Position numbers and translations under genes: made by a program
In this document: positions 25,907 to 39,816 of the stretch, in pieces
How positions within the stretch are numbered: position 1 is the stretch's first letter
How the letters are laid out: every line of letters begins with the position of its first letter
Notes under the pieces: model-generated
The model's database searches: none
What the model was told of the DNA's origin: nothing
The model's input: only the letters and a program-made list of their open reading frames with translations
DNA from: Atractiella rhizophila
Lineage: Eukaryota
Direction of reading: 5' to 3'
Length of the DNA stretch: 64,000 nucleotides
Assembly: GCA_021432655.1 (NCBI GenBank)
Contig: MU271281.1
Coordinates: 1 to 64,000, forward strand

Positions 25907-26310
25907 ATGTCACGGCCGCAATCCCCGCCAGAAACGACGATCAAGCCCTCCTGGCCTTCAAATTTGTCAAATACTGCACCGAATAGGGACCCTGGCCTGC
26001 TCGCGGTTGGGGGGAAGAAGGTGAAATTGAAGAGAAAGGCCCCGTCAGCTTCAGTAAGCGGCACGCCTGGTTCGTCAGCGGACGCGCCGATCCAGAAAAG
26101 TGACAGCTCGAACCCGAATTTCATTTCGAAACCTCATAACGTATCCTTTGGCATGTTTGGAGCTCCTGGAAGTCCTGTCGCCCCAAAAGTTAAAGTCAAG
26201 AGGATGACTTCGTCTTCTAAGAGTCGATCGAGGGAGAGGGAGAGAGATGGAGGTCAGGCGGACGATGAGCGCTCGCCTCTCCTTGGGAGTGAGACGGATT
26301 TGGAGAACGC
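25907..26310 (+). pseudogene. Truncated 5' fragment of the gamma-glutamyltranspeptidase gene
   Basis: Matches the GGT N-terminus up to ETDLENA, then crosses the duplication junction and stops at 26410 before the TM helix. Confidence 0.85.
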
Positions 26311-26652
26311 ATGTAGGCAGAAGTCTAACGTAAGGTGGCAGAGCAAAGGAGGGCTTCCGCCAAAACTGATTTGCGTAGAAAGGAATGTTAGGTTCATTTA
26401 CCAAGACTAAGTCGCGCGTTTTGCTTCACAAAGAAATCTTTGGCCAAGTTTGTTGCTTTTGTTGGTGTATGATGACTGTACAGAGCATTTTGCTCTCGCA
26501 ATTCACCTCGGCAGAAGATACTTTCTCGTTAATATTGGACAAATGGGCTGGTTATTGAAGGTTCAGCGTGGCCGCACAACATCGCAGCCACTGACAGAAC
26601 ACAAAACTATTTGAAAGAGAGTACATACCCATCACGCCGCTTTTGAGCCCTC

Positions 26653-27407
26653 TCACTGAACCCTCGACATCTTCAGATTCCTTTTATCGATCTTTCTCTC
26701 TCTCGTGTTCCTCTCCCCAGTCGCACTCCCCACACTCAACAAGCTCGGGGACCTAGACCTATTGATCGCCTCCGATCTCGAAATTCCAGGAGTTGGGGTT
26801 CCTTCCCTCTCCCATTCGCTGACGTCGTCCCGATCCCAACTAACCATTGGTCCCTCCGTGCCCACGCTCGCCAAAGACTCCAAACTGCCAGACCTCCGAA
26901 GTTGACGCGCGGTTCTGAGTTCGTAGTCAAAGTCGGTCGAGGGAGTGCGAAGGATTGGGAGGGTTTTGTGACGCTTGAGAGTGGTGGGAGACGAGCTACC
27001 AGAAGATGTTGTGGACGGTACTTGCACGTCGACGCTTGCGGTTATTTTCGGCTTGATCGGGTCAGGATCTTTGAATTTTCGTCTTTTCCAACCACAACCG
27101 TCAGATAAACAGCTCAAAGGAATGGGAACGGAAAAACTGGACGCACAAGCGTGGATGATAATACCCTAGTGGCCGCCAAAGTACTTTGAAGAGGAACCAA
27201 CCAAGGAGATCCACTGCAAACGGAGGTTTAAGTTGAATGATCAACGTAGGCAAGAATGAACGAACCGATGACGAGCAGAACAATAGGCATGATGCAAAGA
27301 TATGCCGCGAAGCGTGATATGTCTGTGATGAATTTGACAACAGGCGGATATGGAGGCTCAATAAAAGTTGTCCATTGCTCGAAAGCGTCCTTGAGGACCG
27401 CACCCAT
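26653..27407 (-). CDS. Hypothetical small membrane protein, copy 2
   Basis: Same exon structure as 24829-25583 with a few substitutions (TTTN/ITAS, AFN/AIN). Confidence 0.65.
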
Positions 27408-27731
27408 CGTTGTAAAGTGGTTACTGCGCTGAAATTATTTGTTGGAGTGTACTGTCAAATGGGCAGAGTTGGGTTATGAGGTTGCAGGTCGTTGATTCTG
27501 CTTTCACCCACTTTCACGTTCAACGGTTCTGCAGGAGATTGCTTGTCAAACCTTAAGCCATTCAACAATGAAGTTTTGCACGTGATATAATGTTACAAAT
27601 GAATAATTTGCAAATGCATGATAATTACTCTCCGACGCCTATTCTTTATCTCCCTCCAATCCTGTCCCTCGCTTTCGACCTCCGTAAGCACTCAACTTCG
27701 CGTGCTTCGCGCGTGATTCCTAAACTTCGGG

Positions 27732-30700
27732 ATGTCACGGCCGCCGTCCCCGGCAAATACGACGATCAAGCCCTCCTGGCCTTCAAATTTGTCAAATACT
27801 GCGCCGAATAGGGACCCTGGCCTGCTCGCGGTTGGGGGGAAGAAGCTGAAATTGAAGAGAAAGGCCCCGTCAGCTTCAGTAAGCGGCACACCTGGTTCGT
27901 CAGCGGACGCGCCGATCCAGAAAAGTGACAGCTCGAACGCGAATTTCATTTCGAAACCCCATAACGTATCCTTTGGCATGTTTGGAGCTCCTGGAAGTCC
28001 TGTCGCCCCAAAAGTTAAAGTCAAGAGGATGACTTCGTCGTCTAAGAGTCGATCGAGGGAGAGGGAGAGAGATGGAGGTCAGGCGGACGATGAGCGCTCG
28101 CCTCTCCTTGGGAGTGAGACGGATTTGGAGAACGCGAGCGTTGGAGGATCGAGACGTTCGTCTAGGAGGAGGAGCAATCGGCTGAGCAGAAGCAGTTTAT
28201 TTGGGAATGGGAAATCGAAGAGCTTTATTGAGGAGGAAGAAAGAGATGGACGATGGTTCACTGTTCCCAGGATTTTGACAGGACTCTTGGGAGTATTGAT
28301 TGCTTTGCTGGTTGTTGCTGTGGGAGTTGTGTTGTGGACTGAGGGGCAAGAAAATGACGGGACGGGTGAGCATTCTGCTTGACTTATAAACGGGCACTCT
28401 GTTGTTCCTCGGGTGTACTTTCCCCTGATCTAGAGAAACATTGCATCTCTAACAACTCCATTCAAATACACCATCTAACCAATCCCCGGGCTAACTGGCA
28501 TGTACTTCTCGCAGCAGATCAGCCAATCTTCACTCTCCCACCACCCTCTCCAGGCACACGTAACCCAGCATACCTCTTCTCGGGCACCCATGGCGCCGTC
28601 TCTACAGAAGTGGATGTATGCTCCAACATTGGAGTGGAGATCATGCGGGAAGGAGGGAACGCAGTGGACGCCGGCATAGCGGGCACGCTCTGCGTGGGCG
28701 TAGTGAACATGTTTTCGTCAGGCATAGGCGGAGGTGGTTTCCTTGTCATCCGTCCTCCCGACTCTGCCTCCTGCTCCACCACTTCGAACGCCCCCAATTG
28801 CTCCCAGCCAATAGCAATCGACTTTCGAGAAAAGGCACCCTCTGGAGCTTCTCCCATGATGTATTCACCAGAGAATTGGCCAACTTTGGAGGCAGCGAAA
28901 AGTGCGAGTAGGGTGGGAGGATTGGCGGTTGCTGTTCCTGGAGAGTTGAAGGGACTGGAAAAGGCGTGGCAGATGTGGGGTGGCGGGGTATCCTGGGAGA
29001 GGGTGGTTAGACCTTCGTATGTTCCCCTTCCCTGCACGTACATCATTGAGTCTGACGTTCTTGGACAGAATTGAGCTTGCTAAAGGCTTCCCTACTGGTT
29101 TGGAGTTGGCTACCCGTTTACGAGTATGTCGTATCTCTTATCCATTGACATGTTAAGCTGACGTAGTGAATTAGAAACGTGGAAAGACCGGTCTGTCGGC
29201 TCTGACGCCTGAATGGAGAGACCTCCTCGCTCCCAATGGAGAGTTTCTGCAACCAGGGGACATCTGCCGTCGACCAGCGTATGCGAACACGCTGGAAAGG
29301 GTGGCGAAGGAGGGATCGAGGGTATTTTACGAGGTACTGCATCTCTCCTGCTTTTGAACTAGAGTATTGAGCGACTCAGGGCGAAATTGCGGAATCCCTT
29401 GTGCGAGCAATTCAAGGAGCGACACCCCCGGGTATCGTCACGCTGGAGGATTTTAGCAATTATTCCGTTGTTGTTTCTCCGGCTCTAACTTCGACTTACC
29501 GAAATCGAACACTGTACACCACGCACGCACCGTATGCTCGCCACTTATAGAGCTCTTGGTAGAAGCGATGCTGATGCTGACTTAGTGGTGGAGGACCCAC
29601 ACTTGTCAACGTCCTGAACATCCTCGAGAATTATGGAGATGAGTTTGTGGACGCTGGGATGGATGGGCGGAATGCTCATCGTTTTATTGAAGCGATGAAA
29701 TGTGTGTGCTCACGACTCACAGGTAGGGATCATTCTGACTCTGGGATAGTCACATTTGCTGCCAGAACAGAGATCGGGGATCCCGCGTTCAACACGTCTA
29801 AGACAGCCGTCGAGATGGTGACTAAAGATTTTGGTAGGAAAAAATGGGCGAAAATTGACGATGTACGATTCCACCAACATTCTTCTTGTAGTTGTCGACT
29901 GAGTTGTGGTGAAGAACAAGACGTTTGCCAATATTTCGCATTACGACCCTCATTACTATGGCGTTACGGAAGACCATGGCACAACGCACATCTCTGCTGT
30001 TGATGCTTCCGGATTGGCAATCGCAATCACTTCCACCGTCAATCTGATATTCGGAAGTCAAGTCCTGGATCCACAAACTGGCGTAATTCTGAATGATGAG
30101 ATGGTATGGTTGGATTCAGATGTGCTTCTTCTTTGGCTGACATGATATTGTGCCTAGGATGATTTCTCAACACCTCACATTCCGGATGCGTTTGGTCTTT
30201 ATGCGTCACCATACAACTTTCCTGTTCGTTGCAGCGCAACCATGTTAGTTTCCATATGCTGACCTGATCTTTAGGAACCAGGAAAACGTCCCCTATCTTC
30301 TACTTCCCCAACCGTGGTCGAAGAAGCAGACGGAAGCTTCTACCTCGTAATAGGTGGCTCAGGTGGCTCCAGAATATTTGGCGGTACAGCTCAGGTCATC
30401 CTCAACCTGGATTGGGGTTATGATATCTCCAATGCCATTGAGACCCCGCGACTACATCATCAACTCCTCCCTAATATTGTATGTCCCTTCGCTGTGTTCC
30501 ATGAATGGGTGTCTCAATGGACTGTTCATATAAAGGTCACAGCCGAAAGTGGGATTCGCGCTGATGTCCTCCATGGACTTCGTGAGAGAGGCCATAATGT
30601 GACCGTGGGTCCTCTCGCTCTTCACGTTTAGATTAACGACTGATGAAGAGGACAGCTCTTCGACATCAATTCAGGAGTGGCTGAGTTTCAAGCTATCGTA

Positions 30701-30766
30701 CGCAAAAACAATCGATTCTTTGCTGCTGCCGACAGCAGGAAGAACGGTATCGCAGCTGCATATTAG
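27732..30766 (+). CDS. Gamma-glutamyltranspeptidase / glutathione hydrolase (type II membrane, probably vacuolar)
   Basis: GGNAVDAGIA, SSGIGGGGF, IDFREKAP, GGLAVAVPGEL, DHGTTHISAVD (catalytic Thr), LNDEMDDF, PGKRPLSS, GGSGGSRI, AADSRKNG; acidic dileucine DDERSPLL before the TM helix. Confidence 0.95.
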
Positions 30767-31516
30767 TTCGTTCTGTTCACCATCTCAAGATGGGTTTATC
30801 TTTCAATTGTTTTATCGAAGTTTCGTCCATTCACTAATAGAAAGCAGTGGTTCATTGTTGTATTTACTTCATGACACTATTTGTTCCATAGTTAAAAACT
30901 TACTGTGCAAGTTACGTTACGCGTTTTCATAGTACGCGGCGCGCAGGCCTTCATACTTCCATTAAAACTTGGATTGGGTGTTAAAATGAAAGTAAGGCAG
31001 ATGCGACGTTCTTGACACGTGATGCACCTTCTGAAGACTTGGACCTCGTCTATCAAATAAATATCCTCCGCATCAAACACCTCCTCACCGTCTGTGGTGA
31101 TTTCATAGAATCTCAGCACTTGCACGAAAAGCCGGAGCGTCCCTCGATTATGCGACGAAAGCCATTGACCTCGTCGTTCACTGTGGTTGCACCTCTTCCC
31201 AGCACTCCGTTTCCTTTCAAAACTAAAGGCGCGGACGTGATTAACGAGATTGTTGGCCTCAAAAATAGAGAATATGAAGGAAAGAAAGTAAGGCGTGAAG
31301 ACTTGTGGATTGTTAGGGCTCAAGAACGAGAGTTCGAGGTGCGTCCAGTCTTCCTTGCTTTGCTTTGGGCTATGGGACGCGTCAGACGCGTGTGTCTGCT
31401 GCCAATTGAATATGGTCTTGTAACCCATTCTTTACGCTTGATTGGTATCATTTGAACAATTAATACGCATAATCAAGCGCGTTATTGGGAATTGGCCACA
31501 CATGTCCTGCTCAGAC

Positions 31517-34500
31517 TATGGCTGTGGCACTCAGCCAGATTGTTCCTCGAGCATGGAGATATAGCTTGCAGGGCTCGGTTTATGCGACAATTGGCTGGCG
31601 AGCCACCAAAACTAGAGACTCATCAATGACAATCCCATGGGAATCTTCAGTGGCGTGCATATTTTACGATTCCTGACCTACCTTCTGTGCTGTTGCTGAC
31701 TGACCATTTTCTATCTACGCAGATAACTACGGATAAGCTCTTGTCCGATCCATATGCTTCCGAACTCCTCGATAACTTTTTTGCTACACATGGATGCACG
31801 TATTCTGATCCCCCTGCTACTCCATCCACAGGATCAGACGATGACGCCGCGATTTCCTCTGCACTTACCGGAAGAAAACGGCCTCGAAATCAGGCTACAA
31901 GGGACAGAATTAGGAACCATGTTGTCATCTCCGAGAGCGAAGATGGTTTGAGCTTGCTTACTGCTGCAACGCCTGAGGCGGAGGAGACAGAAGATGAGAG
32001 TGCAGGAAGGAGAACGAAGAGCAGATTAAAATTACGCAGCTATAAGGAGAGCTCAGACCGGGAGGAGGGATGGGATGAGTACCACACTGACGATTCCATA
32101 GAAGACGAGGAAAGCAGCGAAGAAGAAACGTCAGATTATGAGGACGATGAAGAATTCAAGAGAATCAAAAAAAGGACCAAGCCGAGCAGACGATCCAATC
32201 GACAGGCGACTGTCAATGCGAAGCATTTCCATTATGGAGAAGGTACTTTAGATCTGGAAGAGCGCAGACCTGAAACCGGAGGGAAGAAGGGGAAGAAAGA
32301 TGGTCCTATCCCGCGGAAGAGTGGAGGTGGACTGAAGGAGGGCGGCGAACGATTACGAGATGGAGAGTCCGTGGGATTGGCTTCTAAGCACGTAGATGTT
32401 GGTTCATTTTTGTCCCCCATATTCTCATATCTGATATCGTTGATTCGCAGACTTGTGATCGATGTGACGGAGAGGTTGCGTCCATCCTCCTGAAGAGGTA
32501 TATGAAGAAAAAGAGGGCCCGTCGCACTCGTGCTAAGAACAAACTTGGAAGGAGATACGGTTCGCGCTCCAGTCGACCACGCGGGACCTCCTCCATGTCA
32601 GAAGATGCAGAAGAGGACGAGAGTGAAGACGATGTTTCAGAAGAGGAGATCAACATTCGAAACCTCGGCGCATGGGTGACCTGTAAGACGTGCTGCATAG
32701 CTACGCATTGGGGTTGTCTACCTCAGGATCTGAAGAAGGAGACGAAAAAGGAATTTGGGAAGGATGTGATGGATACGGACCATTGGGTCACGATCGACGA
32801 GTGCAGGTACTGTAGGAAAGATGGGGGCATGTGTAAGGTATGCAAACAGCCAGGAGTGCGACATGAGGTGGATATCGACGGTGGCAAGTTTCTTTCTCTA
32901 ACATAGTGTTGAAAGCACTCATCCTTTATGCGCAGACGTCGCGATGAACGATACGAAACCAGGAAACGTTCTCTTCCGATGCGACAAGTCGGTCTTTCTG
33001 ATGAAGATTCGCATGTCGTTGACTCAGCGAGTCTTAGGTGTCTGCGACCTGCTCATTACCGGTGTTTACCTCTCGATCCAGAGAAACATCATGGCGACCG
33101 CATAGCTTACTATCAACAGAACTGGCTATGCGACGATTGCGAACAGTTCTCGACGAAGACGGATTATATCCTTGCTTGGAGGTACTCTGATCCTCACGAT
33201 CCTCGAAATACGAAAGGATGGGTTAGACCAAATGCCAAGGAAGACGCAGACGTGGAGGTCAGCCTTTCTTCACGCCCATAACTAGAAATAATCGAATGGT
33301 AGTACCTCGTCAAATTCGAGGAAGAATCTTTCAGAGAGGTTCGATGGGTGGTAAGCTCCTCAGCTGTTTTCTGAACCGCGTGATCTGTGCTGAAAGTGAC
33401 TGTAGCCACATGCTGTCATGAAAGCAGTTCATCAGGGGAAACTACGTCATTTTCTCAAAGATGGTTCCAAGATTTCTTATCATGGACATGCATGGGATGA
33501 TATCCCAGAAGACGGAGAGGAAGTTGAGTCCGACGGCAAAGCTGGCTCCCCTGAGGAGGGTGTAGCATCTTTACCTCCTGATCCGAATGCGGAATCTAAA
33601 ATTCCCTTGCTTGTACGTTAACTCGCCGATTGGGAAAGGCCCCTTGATGTGTCTTGCAGTGGAAGACAATCGATCGGATTCTTGACGTCCGCCTTCGCAA
33701 AACACCAGATGTTGGTGGGGAGGGAACCTCGGTTGAAGCGACAAAGAATGTCTCCAATGATCCCGCTGAGACGTGTGATCGTATCAAGTCTGTCTATGTC
33801 AAATGGTGCGATCTTGATTATAGCCAATGTATGTACATTCTCTGCTTACACAGTTGCTACTCACTAGTCCATATTAGGCTCTTGGTATTCATGTAAGTGA
33901 ATGATCTCTTAAACGGGATCCGATACAATGTCTCCCTAGCAATTCCACAAGAGGGTGACAAGGACTACGAGGTTTTCAAATGCGCTCATGAGCGCTATCT
34001 TGCCTCGAGAGACGTCAAAATTCCTCAAATCACCCAAAATCAAATTGACAAACTCAATAAAGCAAGGAGTGAAGATACTTTCACGCAGTCAGCTTTCACA
34101 GCTCAACCGCAATGGTTGAAAGGCGGAAAACTTATGGATTTCCAACTTGATGGCGTGAATTGGTATGTGTCGTTTGAGATCGAACTTCATAACTGAATAT
34201 TCCCACTCAGGATGTATCAGTAAGTTGCTCTCGACATGTGAGAGTACAAGTTTTACTCTTTTTTAGTCAATGGTGGACTGGGAAGTCAGGAATTCTCGCA
34301 GATGAGATGGTTCGTCATTGGGTCCTCGCTTTTAGGCAGCAAATGATCTATTTTTCTACTATAGGGTTTGGGGAAGACAATCCAAGGTTGGACCCCCATG
34401 CACTTCATCACAACTGTTGATCCTAGTCGTAGTGATTTCCTTCATCTCTATTCTCAAAAATCAGGAAAACAGACAACCATTTCTCGTCATTGTTCCTAAC

Positions 34501-37500
34501 TCGACGATTTCTAACTGGATAAGGGAGTTTGAGAAGTGGGCACCTGACATTAGGGTGGTTCCCTACTTTGTGAGTAGGCATTCACCTTGGTTGTATTGAA
34601 CTCACACAGCGTTAGGGGTTGGAGAAATCGCGACGGCGAATCGAACAGTACGAACTTTTTCCCGGATCCAGCAACACGAGGACGTTACGTGCCCACGTAG
34701 TTGTTGCCACCTACGAAGCTTTTGTACAAAATACCAAAGTCTTCAAGAAAGTACAGAGATGGGAGACTCTCATTGTTGATGAGGTACTTCCCCATCCTCT
34801 TACTATACAAGCTAGACTGATTGCGCTGCGGCAGGGACAAAGACTGAAAGCAGGAGATACTAGCCAGGCGACGCGGGAACTAGCTCAGCTCCCCGTAGGA
34901 AGACGATACCTTATGACGGGTGCGTGTAACCTCTCCTTCGCTGTTATATCTGGACCAGCTTTCAGGTACACCGGTAAATAATAATGTCGGAGAACTCCTC
35001 AACTTGCTCCACTTCTTAGTGTGTATCAATACATGGATCCCCTTGTTATTCCTGATTGTCATTAGGACCCTGACCACTGGGATGACGTTGAACACCTTAG
35101 CAAGGAATATGAGAATTTAGATCAGGCGCGTATCGAAAAGCTACGAGAGTCCTTGCGTCCCTACCTTCTGCGAAGGACCAAGGAGACTGTGCTGGATCTC
35201 CCGCCTTGCACGGAAATAATTATTCCGATGTCAATTTCACCACTTCAGAAGGAGATATGTGAGTGCAATCAGTCCGTGACGGTAAAGAAATCTGACTAAC
35301 CTTCAAAGACAAATCCTTATTGTCGAAGAATGCCGCTCTCATGGAAGCGCTTACTATGAAAACGAACAAGTCCAAGTCCAAGGTTTCCAAATCGAGTTTG
35401 TATGAAGTAATTTTCTATCCATATATTTCATCTGACGGAGATGAGGTCGTAGGAATAACCTCCTCATGCAGCTCAGGAAGTGTCTGGGGCACCCCTATCT
35501 CGTCTCTCCGGATATCGAGCCAACTAATCTGTCGCCTGAACAAGAGCATCTGTCATTGGTGGAAGCCTCTTCGAAGTTAACGCTTCTGCATCGTTTGTTA
35601 CCAAAATTGAAGCAGAGGGGTCACCGGGTTCTCCTGTTCACTCAGTTCAAGATCGTCCTCGACATTCTCGAAACTTTCATGACAGAGGAGCGAATTACCT
35701 ACTTGAGATTGGTGCGCATCCCATTCCTGTTGTGACAGTCACTAATACATATCTAGGATGGCAATACGCCCCAAGAAACTCGTCAAAAAGGGATTGACCT
35801 TTTCAACAAGCCCAACTCACCTATCGATGTCTACATGCTTTCAACAAGGGCTGGTGGCGTTGGGATCAACCTTACAACCGCCGACACGGTCATCATTTTT
35901 GATTCAGATTGGAACCCACACCAAGATTTGCAGGCCATAGCTCGAGCCCATCGAATTGGTCAGAAAAAGCCGGTTAAAGTGTTCCGTCTAATGATTAAAA
36001 ACACCTGCGAAGAAAAGATAATGCAAGCCGGGAAACGCAAGCTTGTGCTCGACCATCTCATCGTACAACGTATCAACGCAGTCGACGACACAGCTGATGA
36101 CGTTGAATCAATCCTCCAATTCGGTGCTAAAGCCTTGTTCGAGGATAAGGAAGGGGGAGAGGAGGTTATACAGTATTCAGACGAAGATATCGAGAGGTTC
36201 TTTCTTTCTTTCTTTCTTTCTTTCTACCGACACGCTGATGCATTCCATTCAGGCTTTTGGACCGATCCGATGCTGAAGCTAAGTCTCCTCGGAAGAGTGT
36301 TGCAAACTCGTCCTTTGCATTTGCGCGAGTTTGGGAGCTCAAAAAAGACTCTTTAAATGATATGGAAGAGTCTACCTCGGCTCAAGACGACATCGAAGCC
36401 ACTAGAGGATTCTGGAACAACATTCTGAAAGAGCAAGAGGAGGCACAGCGAAAGGCTGAAACAGAAGCAGTGCTTGCTGGTGGGAAGGGGAAGAGGAAGC
36501 GCACGCAGCGGGTGCGTATCTCATTACCGACCATGGTTGAGGGGCTAAAGATACCCTAGTTTGGTCCTAACCCGCGCTTTGAAGACAATTCCGACCCGGA
36601 ATCACCAGACAGGAAGAAAAAGCGGAAGAACAAAGAGAAGGAGAAGAGGGATGATGAAGAATTCCTTATGAGGGATAGCAGCAGCAGCTCCAGCTCAGAG
36701 AACGCGGGGAGTGGAGAAGCTGGAACGATGGATGACGGAGATGTTGAACTGATGAAGTCGCTAGAGCAAAAGAGTCAGAAGGATAAAGATAAGAAGCAGA
36801 GAAAAGCTTTCAAAGAGCTCAGACGGAGAGGGATGGAAGAGCGCGTCCTCCTCGAAGGAAGTGGTGCTGCAACACCCACGGACGAGCCGCAAGGCCATCG
36901 TCGTGTTGTTTCCATCGAACAAATGCAGAAACAGTGCGGTGAGCTTCTACTCCTGAGTTCTTCCTCATCGCTCAATCGCTCAATATGGCTGCAGAGATGA
37001 TTGCGACACTCGCACGAACGCAAAACATCTCGGATGCGAAGGTAAATAACTACCTAGAACAGGCGGCCAACACCATCGATGAAGCCGAACAGCTCAAGTA
37101 CATGAAGAAAGCGATGAAGAGATTGATCGCACTTACCCCTCAAGGACTTGATACGGGCTCATCAGTCGGCAGACCTCCTTCTTCGCCACCAAGGAAAGGG
37201 CCTAAGACTTCAAAGCAGCTGCGACCCGCTGCCAAATCAGCTCCCCTTGCCTCCGCGCAGCAACGACGTTTGTTGGCTCACAAGACCTCTTTGGCTGGTC
37301 ATAACTCAACAACCACCTCATCATCCGCCAAGGCTTCGAAGTACTACGCCGGCAATTCTACCTCGTCACCCAAACACAAGGTTGCGGCCGCCTCACTCTC
37401 AGACCTCCCACTTGTTTCCACCACCAGTGCCTCACATGCACAACTATCAAAGGCCATCAAAGCGGCTGGGAATTCCTCTTCCGGGTCTCCTTCTGATGAT

Positions 37501-37677
37501 TCAGTGGTAGTCTTAAAGAAGCTTGCATTGTCGTCTCAAAGAATTCCGGACGGTTCCGCTTCTGGTCAACCCCATTCTCGGGAGGCGAGCTCTGGTACAT
37601 CATCGACTGGAAAGAGGCCGACGTTCTCTGGACCGTTAGACAGTTTTTTCTCCATGGCCAAAAAGCAGAAAACTTAG
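31517..37677 (+). CDS. CHD/Mit1-like SNF2 chromatin remodeller with PHD-like fingers and chromodomains (start approximate)
   Basis: [13 protein letters not shown] and [10 protein letters not shown]...[16 protein letters not shown] and [86 protein letters not shown]. Confidence 0.88.
36198..36224 (+). repeat. (TTTC)n microsatellite inside an intron
   Basis: ttctttctttctttctttctttctttc directly after a GT donor. Confidence 0.8.
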
Positions 37678-37909
37678 ATTTCCCCTTCTGTTACCTCATC
37701 GTACTTCAATGTGTTCAACCTTTGCTCCTTTTTAGCTTCATTAGCAATGTACATGTTTTCTTGTGTGCGCTGCTGTTTGCACGAACATATCAATTATTGT
37801 CTTATTTTTGTGTTTGATAGGGTTTAGCAAGGGTCACTTTAAATCATCACCAAGCTGAGTTCGCAAGGCCGTAGAATATGCAACTGTCTAATTACCATAC
37901 TACACAGTG

Positions 37910-39816
37910 CTACATATATTCACTTGCGAAAGCCAGCAGAATCTTCATCTGTTTGCGTGTGTTAAAATCTGATTGTGCTTCCAATCAGATTGACTCACAT
38001 TAAGAAGGACGTGTCTCAGCGCTCTTGTCCAAGTCTCATCACTTCCAAACTGGAGTTTGATTGAAACGTCACCAATCTTGTCCTTAACGACTCTGTTCAT
38101 CACGGCAATGTCATCATCGCATACTTTAGAAGGGTGGAAAAGCATACTGATGGTGCAACCTCAAGCCTCTGCTTTTCCCTCCTCTCTCCATCGCATGGTC
38201 CATCAACTGCCTCAGGAGCTCGAGGAAAGCTACCATTGCATGATCGAAGCGCCGATTGAGAAAAAGGCGGCCGACACCAAAGTCTCCTGAACCGTAACTA
38301 ACCATATCTCCCTTAAGCTTGACTGCTTTTTTGTAAAGGTTGAAAGGATGACAAACAGTTCTAATATGGAATGATCGGATAACTTCTCGAGGCGTGAAAA
38401 AGAGCCTTGGGGAATTGGCTTATACCTACACCATTCACTTCAGATTGCAGCAGAAGTGGGGTGTGGAGATGACGGACGATGTGAAGGTGCAGTCGAGCTT
38501 ACGCGCAATAGTGACGAGGAGCAAGAGAGTCTGTCCCCATGCTGCATTGAGTTCCGGCCAATCCACCTGACAATTATTTCGTGAGTGCTCATGCTGTCTC
38601 AATACAAAACGACCTACAGGTAGATTTGGAAGTCTGCCTAGACGGAGGCCGTTGATAGTCGCCAAACCACCTTCATGGCCAATACAGAACGCGTCATCTA
38701 CACAGTTACGGTGAGCCAAACTGCGCTAGGGAGGACACGACGAACTATAAACGTTGGTCCTCTGCAATTTCTCAAGAGCTTGAGAGTCATGTTTGTACCT
38801 CGTCAACAATGAACGAGAGCGGGTGGTATAGCGCTCCAAGTCGGTGAGGTAAGCATTGTGCGATCTCCAAAACCTTATCCATTCGCATCATCAGTTTCGT
38901 AAAGGTGCGAGAAGATAACCTACGCCTCCTCCTCCCTTTCCAGCTCCTCTTCTTCTCTCTCCAATTCACCTATCTCTCCTTCCAGCCCCGTTAGTCTCTC
39001 CTCCAACCTCCCCACTTCCTCTCGCACACTCTGTTCCCGCTCCCTCAATGCCCTAATTTCCTGCTCTAATCCATCCACTCCCACTCTTCCCTTCTCCTTC
39101 CGTCGCCTTAAAACGTCTCCTTCAAATCCTTTGTACCGTTCCACCTCCTTCCGAACCTCTTCCACCTCAGCGCTCATGCCATCTAGTAACAGCTGAGTGC
39201 ATTCCGAACAGAGGGGATGGTCGATGGAAGAGTTCTTCGACAACAAAGAGAATAGACGTGAAGAAGTTTTGAGACGATTGGAAAGGGTGGATTTGGGCAC
39301 GTGGGCGATGGTTGAGGAGGAGGGACGATCTGCGAGTCGGAAAGAAGGACAAAACTCTCAGCTGGTCCATGTCCAGCTGGAAAGGGGGATGCAACGGTTG
39401 GTGTGTTGGAAGAGGAAGAAGAGGCGCCTATGTTGACGCTCGTGGTCGTTGATTGTGCGGTAGGATAGCGGGAGGAAGGCTTGTATGCGCTTTGGATGGA
39501 GGGAGGTAGACGGGAGGGCTGACGATGAGGTTGTGCGGGATGGGTTGAAGGTGGAGCAGTCGTGGCGATAGACGGTATAGATACGGTTGCTGTCCCAATA
39601 GTTGTGATTATTCTTCAGTTATTCGCTATTTCTGAGCAGAGTTGGAGGACCTACACGAAATTAGATCGTAGGTTGACGGCTGTAAGTCTTGCAAGGACTC
39701 ATCAAGCTGGAGGGGCTGTCCCATCGCACAGTGGCATCAACATGTATCCGCTCACAAATGTCACGCCTCACCTGTTTACAGCGCTGACAAGAGAACCCTG
39801 GAGTCACCGACGGCAT
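37910..39816 (-). CDS. ATG6: Beclin-1/Vps30/Atg6
   Basis: FSCQRCKQ, IDHPLCSEC, coiled coil, FCIGHEGGLATINGLRLGRLP, WPELNAAWGQTLLLL, DKIGDVSIKLQFGSDETWTRAL. Confidence 0.95.

Larger units (their letters stand above)
24488..28135. repeat. Direct tandem duplication: 24488-26310 and 26311-28135
   Basis: atgtaggcagaagtctaacg starts both units and ggatttggagaacgc ends both; copies differ by scattered SNPs and small indels. Confidence 0.97.

Noticed and set aside
24488..28135. RIP-like mutation between the duplicate copies
   Set aside because: Differences include transversions and indels in both directions; only a few are TCG>TTG.
30892..31455. Overlapping 178-aa and 147-aa ORFs on opposite strands
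   Set aside because: No domain signal; they lie in the promoter region of the remodeller.
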